In this document: piece by piece, positions 8,433-17,299 of the stretch | Layout: the number at the start of each line of letters is the position of its first letter | How positions within the stretch are numbered: the first letter of the stretch is position 1 | Assembly: GCA_964291675.2 (NCBI GenBank) | Contig: OZ219866.1 | Coordinates: 2,304,001-2,368,000 of the forward strand | DNA from: Alphaproteobacteria bacterium | GTDB taxonomy: Bacteria > Pseudomonadota > Alphaproteobacteria > MPNO01 | Reading direction: 5' to 3' | DNA length: 64,000 nucleotides | The notes under the pieces: model-generated | The model's input: only the letters and a program-made list of their open reading frames with translations | What the model was told of the DNA's origin: nothing | The model's database searches: none | Translations under genes and position numbers: made by a program

Positions 8433-10190
8433 ATGGGCAACGGAAGCACCGCAGGCTGGACCGAGGCGCCGGCCGACGACGTGGGCGATGCGCTGGTCGC
8501 CGGGCTGGCCGCCGGCGGGGTCGACCATCTGTTCTTCACCTCGGGGTCGGAGATCGGCTTCTTCCAGGAGGCGACCGCGAAGGCGCGCGCCCGGGGCGCC
8601 AACAACCCGATCCGGCTGATCACCGTGCCGCACGAGCACGCGAGCCTCAACGCCGCGCTCGGCTTCGCGGCGGTGAGCGGCCGCCCGGCCGTCACCGCGG
8701 CCCATGTCGATTGCGGCACGATGCACTATGGCGGCGCGGTGCACACCGCCGCCCGCAGCGGGCTTCCGGTGGTCATCACCGCCGGGTTCCCGCCGACGGC
8801 CTATGCCGGGACCATGAAGGGCGGCCGCGACGAGGGCGGGCATCTGTGGATGCAGGAGACCTTCGACCAGAACGGGATCGTGCGCAACTACGTCAAGTGG
8901 GACCACCGCCTGACCTCGCAGGACAACCCCGGGCTGATCGCCAGCCGGGCGGTCCAGGTGACGCGGAGCGAGCCCTGCGGACCGGTCTATCTCAGCTTCC
9001 CCAAGGAGCTGACGCTGATGCCGGTCGACGGCGCGTGCTTCCCGAGCGCCGACCGGCTCGGCATCCCGCGCCCGAGCGCGCCCGCCGCGGCGGACGCCGA
9101 GGAGGTCGCCCGCAGGCTGATCGACGCCCGCCACCCGGTCGTCGTGGTGTCGGCGTCGGGCCGCGACCCCGCGACGGTCCCCGCCCTGGTCGAGCTGTGC
9201 GAGCTGCTCGGCCTCGCGGTTACCGACTCGGTCCAGCGCAGCTATATGAGCTTCCCCTTCCGCCATCCCTGCTTCCAGACCCAGGCGACGCTGGAAGAGG
9301 CCGACATGGTGCTGGCGCTGGAGGCCGTGGTGCCCTGGGTCCCCGGACGCAACGCGCCGGGGCCGGACGCCTATATCGTCTCGGTCGGGCGCGACCCGAT
9401 CGCGGTCAGCATCCCGACCTTCGAGTTCACCGCCGACCTGCGCCTCGCCAGCGACAGCCTGGCGACGATCCTCGCCGTGACAGACGCGGCGCGGGATTTA
9501 TTGAACGACGCGGACCGCGACCGGATCGCGGTGCGCAAGGAACGACTCGCCGCCGCTTCGCGAAGCTGGATCGCCGAGGCGGAAGACGCCGCGCGGGAAC
9601 GCTCGGGCGACGTTCCGATAGACCGGCTGTGGGCGGGCTATTGCATCGGGCGGCTGTTCGACGACAACTGCATCGTGTTCGACGAGACCCTGCCGCCCAA
9701 CCGGTCGCGGACCTATTTCGACCGCAGCGAGCCGGGCTCCTATTTCGCCAACCCGGGGTCGAGCGGCGGCTGGGCGACCGGGGCCGCGCTGGGCGCCAAG
9801 CTCGCCGCGCCCGGGCGCGACGTGATCGCCGTCAGCGGCGACGGCTTCTACATGTTCGGCACCCCGGCCCCGGCGCTGTGGGCGGCCTCCCATCACGACG
9901 CGCCGTTCCTGCAGATCGTCTACACCAATCGAAGCTACACCACCGGGACCGAGCGCATCGCGCACAACTATGGCGCCGCCGGCTTCGCCGCCCGGGACGG
10001 GTTCCGGGGCGGCTATTTCGACCCGCCGATCGACTTCGCCAAGGAGGCCGAGGCGGCGGGCGCGCATGGCGAGACGGTCCGCGACCCGGCCGAGCTGGAG
10101 GGCGCGCTCGCGCGCGGCCTGCGGCAGGTGCGCGACGGCAGGCCGGCGCTGGTGTCGATCTGGCTCAAGCGGCTGGTGGACGAGGGCTGA
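8433..10190 (+). CDS. thiamine pyrophosphate-dependent enzyme (acetolactate synthase-like)
   Basis: PHE catalytic Glu, GPVYLSFP, and the GDG...N TPP-binding motif (SGDGFYMF...YTNRSY). Confidence 0.9.
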   Translation: MGNGSTAGWTEAPADDVGDALVAGLAAGGVDHLFFTSGSEIGFFQEATAKARARGANNPIRLITVPHEHASLNAALGFAAVSGRPAVTAAHVDCGTMHYGGAVHTAARSGLPVVITAGFPPTAYAGTMKGGRDEGGHLWMQETFDQNGIVRNYVKWDHRLTSQDNPGLIASRAVQVTRSEPCGPVYLSFPKELTLMPVDGACFPSADRLGIPRPSAPAAADAEEVARRLIDARHPVVVVSASGRDPATVPALVELCELLGLAVTDSVQRSYMSFPFRHPCFQTQATLEEADMVLALEAVVPWVPGRNAPGPDAYIVSVGRDPIAVSIPTFEFTADLRLASDSLATILAVTDAARDLLNDADRDRIAVRKERLAAASRSWIAEAEDAARERSGDVPIDRLWAGYCIGRLFDDNCIVFDETLPPNRSRTYFDRSEPGSYFANPGSSGGWATGAALGAKLAAPGRDVIAVSGDGFYMFGTPAPALWAASHHDAPFLQIVYTNRSYTTGTERIAHNYGAAGFAARDGFRGGYFDPPIDFAKEAEAAGAHGETVRDPAELEGALARGLRQVRDGRPALVSIWLKRLVDEG

Positions 10191-12516
10191 CCGGGACCGC
10201 GGGGCGGCGCGACCCGACGAGCCAGGCGCCGAGCGCCGGCAGCAGCACCACCGCCCCGACCATGTTGACCAGGAACATGAAGGTCAGCACCGTCCCCATG
10301 TCGGCCTGGAATTTGAGCGGCGCGGCGATCCACGTCGCCACACCCGCCGCCAAAGTGAGCCCGGTGAGCGTCACGCCCGCCCCCGTGGTGGCGAGCGTCC
10401 GCTCATACGCAAGGGCGAAGTCGAGCCCCTGCTCCAGATAGACGCGCAGCCGCCCGTAGATGTAGATGCCGTAATCGACCCCGATCCCGACGCCGAGCGC
10501 GACCACGGGAAGGGTCGAGACCTTGAGCCCGATCTCCAGCAGCGCCATCAGCGCGTAGGCGAGCAGCGAGACCACGCCGAGCGGCACCACGATGCAGAGC
10601 GTCGCCGCCAGCGAGCGGAACGAGACCAGGCACAGCACGATCACCGCGGCGTAGACATAGGCGAGGATCGGGAACTGGGCCGCCTCGACCTCCTCGTTGG
10701 TCGCCGCCATCACCCCGACATTGCCCGAGGCGAGCCGGAAGGAGATTCGCTCGTTCCGGTTCGCGCGCTCGAACGCCTTCACCGCCTCGACCGCCCGCGC
10801 GATGGTCTCGGCCTTGTGGTCCGCGGTGTAGACCGAGACCGGCATAACGCTGCAATCGAGGTTGAGCAGGCCGCTCGCGGTCGGCACCGGGGAGACCGAC
10901 TGCACCAGCATGTAGCGGTTGCGCGGCAGGGTGCGCCATTTGAGGCTGCCCTCGTTCCAGCTCGCGTTCAGCACGCGCGCGACGCCGGCGAGCCCGCGCA
11001 CCGACTGGACGCCGTCCACGTTCCGCATATGCCATTCGAAGTCGTCGAGGGTGCGCATCACCTCGTAGTCGATGCAGCCCTCCTTGACGGTCTCCGAGAT
11101 CACCGTGAGCACGTCGACGCCGATCTCGAAGCGCTCGGTGATCAGCGCCGAGTCCCGGTTGTAGACGGAATCGGCCCGAAGCTCCGGCACGCCCCGGTGC
11201 TCGTCGCCCACCCGCACCTCGGGCGCGAAATAGGCGCCGGCGGCGAGCAGCAGCGCGGCTGCGGCGATCACCGCCGCGGCGGGCCGCCGGTGCGCCAGGC
11301 GGGCGAGCCTGGACCACAGCGGGCGCAGCAGGTCGTCGCGCCGCAGCGCCCGGCGCCGCTCGGCCTCGTCCGCCTCGAAATAGGAGAGCAGCACCGGCAG
11401 CAGCGCCAGGTTGGTGAGGATGATGGCGGCCACCCCGAGGCTCGCGGTGATCGCGATCTCCTTGATGACCTGGACCTCGATGAGCGAGATGGTGACGAAC
11501 CCCACCGAATCGGAGGCCAGCGCCACCGCGCCCGGCAGCAGCAGCGCGCGGAAGCTCGCCCGCGCGGCGTCGATGCCGCCGGCGCCGCCGGCCGCCTCGG
11601 CGCGCACCGAGCTCACCATCTGCACGCCGTGGCTGACCCCGATGGCGAACACCAGGAAGGGCACCAGGATGGACATCGGATCGAGGCCGAAGCCGAACGC
11701 GGCGATCCCGCCGAGCTGCCACAGGACGGCGACCAGCGAGCATGCGAGCGGCGGCACGGTGAGGCGCACCGAGCTTGTGTAGGCGTAGACCAGCGCCGCG
11801 GTGACCAGGAAGGCGATCGCGAAGAACATGATGACGCGGACCGCGCCGTCGGCCACGTCGCCCACCGCCTTGGCGAAGCCGATGATGTGCAGATCGACAT
11901 GCATGTCGACCTCGGCGCCGGCGCCGGCCTCGCGGCGGATGCGCTCCAGCTCGTGCGCGACCTCGATGTAGTCGAGCCGTTCGCCGGTGCCGGGATGGAA
12001 CTCCTGCAGCTTGGCGGCGACGATCGCGCCCGAGAAATCGTTCGCCACCAGCCGCCCGACCAGCCCGGCCTTGACGATGTTCTCGCGCAGCCGGGCGAAG
12101 CCCGCCTCGGTCGGCGCGAAGTCGGCGGGCAGCACGTTGCCGGCCACGATGCCGTCCTCGACCACCTCGATGAAGCGGACGTTGGGCGTGAGGATCGAAT
12201 ACACCTGGGACCGGTCCACCCCCGGCAGGAAGAACGTCGCGTCGGTCGCCTTGCGCAAGGCGGCCAGGAACCCGGGCGTGAACATGTCGCCGTCGCGCGC
12301 CATCACCGCGATCAGCACCCGGTCCGCGCCGCCGAACTCGTCGCGGTACTGCAGGAAGGTCTTCATGTATTCGTGCTCGACCGGCACCAGCTTGGTGAAG
12401 CCGGCATCGACCCTGAGCCCCGCCGCCTGCCAGCCCATCGCCAGCGTGAGCAGGGCGAACGCCGCCAGCACGATACGGCGCCGGCGGAACAGCAGGGTCT
12501 CGAGTCTGCCGGTCAC
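10165..12516 (-). CDS. RND/MMPL family transporter
   Basis: Two TM bundles with large loops; AIGVSHGVQ and GIGVDYGIY motifs; GTG start at 12516 is probable. Confidence 0.9.
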   Translation of the reverse strand: MTGRLETLLFRRRRIVLAAFALLTLAMGWQAAGLRVDAGFTKLVPVEHEYMKTFLQYRDEFGGADRVLIAVMARDGDMFTPGFLAALRKATDATFFLPGVDRSQVYSILTPNVRFIEVVEDGIVAGNVLPADFAPTEAGFARLRENIVKAGLVGRLVANDFSGAIVAAKLQEFHPGTGERLDYIEVAHELERIRREAGAGAEVDMHVDLHIIGFAKAVGDVADGAVRVIMFFAIAFLVTAALVYAYTSSVRLTVPPLACSLVAVLWQLGGIAAFGFGLDPMSILVPFLVFAIGVSHGVQMVSSVRAEAAGGAGGIDAARASFRALLLPGAVALASDSVGFVTISLIEVQVIKEIAITASLGVAAIILTNLALLPVLLSYFEADEAERRRALRRDDLLRPLWSRLARLAHRRPAAAVIAAAALLLAAGAYFAPEVRVGDEHRGVPELRADSVYNRDSALITERFEIGVDVLTVISETVKEGCIDYEVMRTLDDFEWHMRNVDGVQSVRGLAGVARVLNASWNEGSLKWRTLPRNRYMLVQSVSPVPTASGLLNLDCSVMPVSVYTADHKAETIARAVEAVKAFERANRNERISFRLASGNVGVMAATNEEVEAAQFPILAYVYAAVIVLCLVSFRSLAATLCIVVPLGVVSLLAYALMALLEIGLKVSTLPVVALGVGIGVDYGIYIYGRLRVYLEQGLDFALAYERTLATTGAGVTLTGLTLAAGVATWIAAPLKFQADMGTVLTFMFLVNMVGAVVLLPALGAWLVGSRRPAVPVSPRPPAA

Positions 12517-12532
12517 GGAACGATCCGGGGCG

Positions 12533-13432
12533 TCAATCGGCCAGCCGCCGGACGCCGAACTCTCCGACCAGCAGCACCCCGCCATCGGCGAGCGGGAGCG
12601 CGGTGGAGACTCCCTCGCGCGACTTCAGGCTTTTGGGCGACACGCTCCGCCCGCCGTCCCGGCTCAGCAGCACGGCGCCTTCGAGACCGGTGACCGCCAC
12701 CCGGCCGGAGGGCAGCAGGGCGGCGCCGGTCAGGGTCGCGTTGGTCCCGGTCGGCACCCGCGCCCAGCTCTCGCCGCCGTCTTGCGAGCGGAACAAATGG
12801 CCCCTGAGCCCGGCGAGCAGCAATTCGTCCTCGCCGAACGCAAGCCCCGCGAACCACGAGCCGGAATAGGGCGACGGCAGCTCGCGCCAGGTCTCGCCGG
12901 AATCGTCGGAGCGGTACACCACGCCTGCCTCCGCCGCGATGTAGAGCCGGCGCGCGCCCGCCGGGACCAGCGCGTTGAGGTGGAAGTCGTCCTTGCCGAC
13001 GCTGCGCTCGGTCCATGTGTCGCCGCCGTCCCCGGTGGCGAGAAAGTAGCCATAGGCGCCGACCGCGTATCCCGTTCTCTCGTCGCGGAACCACACGTCG
13101 AGCAGGGGAAGCTCCTTCTCCGGTGCCTGGTATACCAGAGTCCAGGTCTCGCCGCCGTCGCCGGTGCGCAGGATCGCCGCGTCGTGCCCCACCGCCCAGC
13201 CGGTGCGCTCGTCGTGCATGTGGATCGCGGTCAGCAAGGCGCGGATCGGGACCGTCGCCTGTCGCCAGCTCGCGCCGTCGTCGGTCGATACCAGGACGTG
13301 GCCGCGCTCGCCCACCACGACCAGCCGCGAACCCGCGGCGGCGCCGTCGAGCAGCAGGGATCGGATCGCGAGCGGCGCCACGACCGCTTCCCCGGCGCTG
13401 CCGCCGGCCGGCGCGACGAGGACGAGCAGCAA
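12533..13432 (-). CDS. YCF48-like BNR/Asp-box beta-propeller protein (start uncertain)
   Basis: Repeated S/T-x-D-x-G-x-S/T-W Asp boxes; VVVGERG and WAVGHD motifs. Confidence 0.85.
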   Translation of the reverse strand: MLLVLVAPAGGSAGEAVVAPLAIRSLLLDGAAAGSRLVVVGERGHVLVSTDDGASWRQATVPIRALLTAIHMHDERTGWAVGHDAAILRTGDGGETWTLVYQAPEKELPLLDVWFRDERTGYAVGAYGYFLATGDGGDTWTERSVGKDDFHLNALVPAGARRLYIAAEAGVVYRSDDSGETWRELPSPYSGSWFAGLAFGEDELLLAGLRGHLFRSQDGGESWARVPTGTNATLTGAALLPSGRVAVTGLEGAVLLSRDGGRSVSPKSLKSREGVSTALPLADGGVLLVGEFGVRRLAD

Positions 13433-13534
13433 GGCGAGAGCCGAGCGTAAGGCGCCGGGGAAGCGCCCGCGTTCCCGGTCCGGCGGTGTCCCCCTCCGGG
13501 TCAGTCGCGAAGCCTCAGCGGGAAGCGCCCGCGG

Positions 13535-14914
13535 TCACCGCCGCCCCTCGCGGCGCAGCGCCGCCGGGGTGAAGTCGCGCGACTTCAGGTCGGTGTCCCA
13601 GGTGCACATCGGGAACTCGTTGTCGAGGCCGAAGGCGAGGTAGCGCCCGGCCTGAAGATCGCTGTGCACTTCGAGCGTCGGCCACACCAGCGGCTTCTCG
13701 TAGTAGTTGACCAGATGCGCTTCGGAGACCCGCCAGAGCTGGTCCCGGTTGTCGTAGATGTCGGCGACCAGGATCTGCCAGGAATCCTCGTCGACATAGA
13801 AGGTGCGCCGCTTGTAGGTGTGGCTCGCACCCTCCTTCAGCGTCGCTTCCACCACCCACACCCGGTGCAGCTCGTAGCGCAGCAAGTCCGGGTCGACATG
13901 CAGCGGCTTGAGGATGTCGGTGAAGGCGAGGTCGCTTCCGTGCAGCCGGTAGGAGTTGTAGGGCACGTACATCTCGCGCTTGCCGACGAGCTTCCAGTCG
14001 TAGCGGTCGACGGCGCCGTTGAACATGTCGAGCTGGTCGGCGGTGCGCAGCCCGTCGGAAGACGTACCGGGGTTGTCGTAGGCGATGTTGGGGGCGCGGC
14101 GCACCCGGCGCTGGCCCGGGTTGTAGGTCCAGGCTTTGCGCGGCTCGCGGAGCTGGTTCATGGTCTCGTGCACCAGCACGATGTCGCCCGCGAGCCGGGC
14201 CGGCGCCAGCGTCTTCTGCTTGAACAGGATCATCGTGTTGCCGAGCCTGTCCAGCGTCATGCCGGGCAGCGAGTAGCGCAGCTCGATCTCCAGGCTTTGC
14301 TTGACCAGCGTGTAGGCGCCGCCGCGGGTGACCGCGGCCTGGCCGATGACGCAGGCCACCGTCTCGCCGCGATAGCGCAGCAAATGGTTCCAGATCACCT
14401 CCAGCCCGCTGCGCGGGATCGGGAAGGGGATGCCGATCACCGCCCCGGCGACGCCGTTGCCGCCGTCCACCAGCTTCGCGGTGGCGGCGGCGTGCCGGGT
14501 GGCGTCGTAGATCCGCTGCGGGACCGAGGCGCTGCGCCGGGTCGGATAGACCTGCATCCTGAAGCTCGAATAGGTCTCCAGCATGCGCTGGTGGCCGACC
14601 GAGAGGCGGTCGCGATGCCTGTCCAGGCTGCCGGCGTCGATGACCAGGCGCGGCCTGTCGCCGGCATAGGGGTCGCGGTGATGCTCGCCCACCCGGTAGC
14701 CGGCGGGCGGCTTGACGATGCCGCCGGTCCATTCCGGGATGGTGCCGTCGGCGCTGCCGGCGCGCTGCCCGCCGAGCGGGGTGAGGTCGGCGCCGAGGCG
14801 CGCGATCTGGTCGGCGGCGATCTCCGCCGATGCCGGGCAGGCGATGACCCAGCCGAGCAGGAGGGCGGTGCCGAGCCGGGGCACGGTCGCTGTGGTGAGA
14901 AGTTTGGCGTTCAT
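13535..14914 (-). CDS. DUF1329 family periplasmic protein
   Basis: Signal peptide; LTPLGG..AG...IPEWTGG, AWTYNPGQRRVRRAP and RYELHRVWVVEATLK motifs. Confidence 0.9.
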   Translation of the reverse strand: MNAKLLTTATVPRLGTALLLGWVIACPASAEIAADQIARLGADLTPLGGQRAGSADGTIPEWTGGIVKPPAGYRVGEHHRDPYAGDRPRLVIDAGSLDRHRDRLSVGHQRMLETYSSFRMQVYPTRRSASVPQRIYDATRHAAATAKLVDGGNGVAGAVIGIPFPIPRSGLEVIWNHLLRYRGETVACVIGQAAVTRGGAYTLVKQSLEIELRYSLPGMTLDRLGNTMILFKQKTLAPARLAGDIVLVHETMNQLREPRKAWTYNPGQRRVRRAPNIAYDNPGTSSDGLRTADQLDMFNGAVDRYDWKLVGKREMYVPYNSYRLHGSDLAFTDILKPLHVDPDLLRYELHRVWVVEATLKEGASHTYKRRTFYVDEDSWQILVADIYDNRDQLWRVSEAHLVNYYEKPLVWPTLEVHSDLQAGRYLAFGLDNEFPMCTWDTDLKSRDFTPAALRREGRR

Positions 14915-14926
14915 GGGTCCGGAACC

Positions 14927-17011
14927 TCAGAACGAGTATTTGACGGAAAGGGAGACGAAGTCGCGGTCGGCCAGCTCGTTGCCTTCGCCGGCGAGGCGCG
15001 TGTAGCTGAGATCGGCCTGCCAGCTCGACAGGTAGTCCGCCCTCAGGCCGATCGTGATCGCGGTCCGGCCCTCGACGAACGGGCCGCTGGGCGCCGGGCT
15101 GTTGCCGCTCACGTCGTGCAGGAACTGCACATAGGGGTGCAGGTTGACCGCGTCGATCACGTTGCTGTAGTCGAGCCGCGCCGCGAACCGGTAGCCCCAG
15201 GAGGTCGCGTCGGCGTCCGCTTCGCCCTCCGCGAGCACGCCGCCCGCGGGGCTCTCCAGCGGCTCGGCGTCCTTGTCGGGCATGTCATGGACGTGCATCA
15301 GCGCGGCTTCGGCGATGAACGCCAGGCCGTCCGCGCCCAGCATGGGTCCGAACACCCTGGTGGCGGTGGCCTGGACCTGGCTCACCTCGCGCTCGACATA
15401 GCCTTGGACCTTCGTCGGTTCGTAGCGGGCCAGATAGGCGGGGACATTCGCCGGGGGGACGTAATCCGGACGCGTGGGATCCAGAACCCTCAGGACGGGC
15501 GCTAGACCGTCCTCCAGCACCTCTCGCTCGGCCCGTTGCAGCGGCGCGTTGGGGCGCAGCGAGTACTCGCCCTGCAGCGCCCAGCCCGAATTGCCGACCA
15601 CGGCGTTGAAGCTCAGACCGAAGAGCTGGAGGTCCTCGGGGTACTCGAGGAAGTAGCGGCCGCCCTTCCCGTAGCGGTCGAGCGCCAGGGCGGCGACGAC
15701 TCCCCCGACCGCGTCCTCGACGCCCTGTTGGATCGCGCCCGGCGCGGCCGCCTGCGGAATCGCCCCGGCCGCCACTAGCTGTTGGACCCTCGCGGCGACA
15801 CCTGGCGTCACGGCGGCGGCCACGGCGGCGGGGGTACGGGAGGTCGGCCCGCTCACCGCGCTGGCCGCGTGAATACCCGCTTCCAAGTCTTCCCGATCGG
15901 CGGTGCGCGCGCCGATCGTCGGCAGCCGGCTGTGGTAGTTGATGAAGTAGAGGCCGAACTCGGTGTGGTTCAGATCCTCGGCGAGGTAGCGCAGCGCCGC
16001 GCCCCACTGGCCCGCGGCGTCGGGCGTGCGGTCCGGGCCGCGCAGCACGCTGGCGAAGTCGCGGTCGAATAGCGGCTGGGCCGGTTGCGGCAGGGGGATC
16101 CGAGCCCCGCTCAGCGGATGGGGCACGGTGTACGCGGCCAGGTCGACGTTGATGATTCGCGTCAGCGGACCGAATCCGTATCCCCGGTCCCTACCCTGGG
16201 GATCGTCGGGCAGCAGCCCCTCCATGACGTCGCTGAGCACCGCCTTGTACGCCCCCGGCCCGGCGTAGTCGGTGCTGGAGAAGTAGCTGCCGACCGGGTC
16301 GATATGGGTCTCCTCCCAGTCGATCTGATAGAAGGCTTCCAGCGTCAGGGCGTCGGTCGGCGCGACCGACGCCGAGGCCAGGCCGACGGGAAGCAGCGCC
16401 TCGCGCAGCTCCGATCCCGGCAGCCTGAGCTTGCCCACGTCGAACGGGTTGATGGCGTTGATGCCGTTGGGGATGAAGGTGCTCTCGCCCCAGTTCAGCA
16501 CGTGCCTGCCGAAGCGCAGATCGACTGCCATGCCGCTCACGTCGAACCCGCCGGTGACGTAGGCGTCGAGCAGCTCGACATTGCTGCCCACGCGCTCCTT
16601 CGCGGCGTCGCTCAGCGCGGTGCGCGCGCGCTCGCCGTCCTGGTTCTCGAAGTCGATAAACCCCGTGGTGCGGACGAATGCGCCGAAATCGCCGAAGCCG
16701 ACATCGAGGTCGGTGGTGAACTTGGAGGCGTTGCTGACGATGCCGCGGTCGTAGTTGAGATTGCCGTCATTGCCGTTGGTGTCGCCCGCCAGCTCGCCGT
16801 CGCGGTCCTCGATCCGGAGGGTCATGCCGTGCGAGATCGTGGTGTCGAGGCTTCCCGTGAACTCGCCGTCCCCGAACTCGACCGCCGGTGCCGGCGGCGC
16901 GTGAAGCAGCCCGCCGAGCACGGCCGCGCCCGCCGCCAGCGCGATCCAGCCGGTCGCGATCTTGCGGCGATACGCGGACCGCATGGTGTTGGCTTCGCCT
17001 GTGTTCCTCAT
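14927..17011 (-). CDS. DUF1302 family outer-membrane beta-barrel
   Basis: Signal peptide; NDGNLNY, WGESTFI, NYHSRLP motifs; C-terminal DRDFVSLSVKYSF; ATG 17011 with GGAGG RBS. Confidence 0.9.
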   Translation of the reverse strand: MRNTGEANTMRSAYRRKIATGWIALAAGAAVLGGLLHAPPAPAVEFGDGEFTGSLDTTISHGMTLRIEDRDGELAGDTNGNDGNLNYDRGIVSNASKFTTDLDVGFGDFGAFVRTTGFIDFENQDGERARTALSDAAKERVGSNVELLDAYVTGGFDVSGMAVDLRFGRHVLNWGESTFIPNGINAINPFDVGKLRLPGSELREALLPVGLASASVAPTDALTLEAFYQIDWEETHIDPVGSYFSSTDYAGPGAYKAVLSDVMEGLLPDDPQGRDRGYGFGPLTRIINVDLAAYTVPHPLSGARIPLPQPAQPLFDRDFASVLRGPDRTPDAAGQWGAALRYLAEDLNHTEFGLYFINYHSRLPTIGARTADREDLEAGIHAASAVSGPTSRTPAAVAAAVTPGVAARVQQLVAAGAIPQAAAPGAIQQGVEDAVGGVVAALALDRYGKGGRYFLEYPEDLQLFGLSFNAVVGNSGWALQGEYSLRPNAPLQRAEREVLEDGLAPVLRVLDPTRPDYVPPANVPAYLARYEPTKVQGYVEREVSQVQATATRVFGPMLGADGLAFIAEAALMHVHDMPDKDAEPLESPAGGVLAEGEADADATSWGYRFAARLDYSNVIDAVNLHPYVQFLHDVSGNSPAPSGPFVEGRTAITIGLRADYLSSWQADLSYTRLAGEGNELADRDFVSLSVKYSF

Positions 17012-17299
17012 GGAGCCTCCCCGTCGCGGTCCGCTTCGCCGCACCCCAGCCGCTTTCTCGTCGGTGAGAAGACCGGAACCCCCCTGTCCGGGGGCCTCGC
17101 TGTCGGGCCCATATGCGGCGAGCAATTACGATCCTTGAGCCGTGGTAGACCTCAACCACGCGGTATGACGATACGCACGAAAGACGAGACTGAAATCCTA
17201 GTTCAAACATATTCGAATTCCCGTGTTCGTATTGTGCTTTATCGGGCCAATCCCGTGTCCATCGAGTGACTTTTCTCCCCCGAACGCTATGATTGGCCG

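Noticed and set aside
9970-12693. Very long alternative ORFs (907 aa here; also 22794..25955, 34935..37916, 54550..58830)
   Set aside because: They are antisense or off-frame shadows of clearly recognisable genes, Arg/Gly/Pro-rich, and expected at this GC content.
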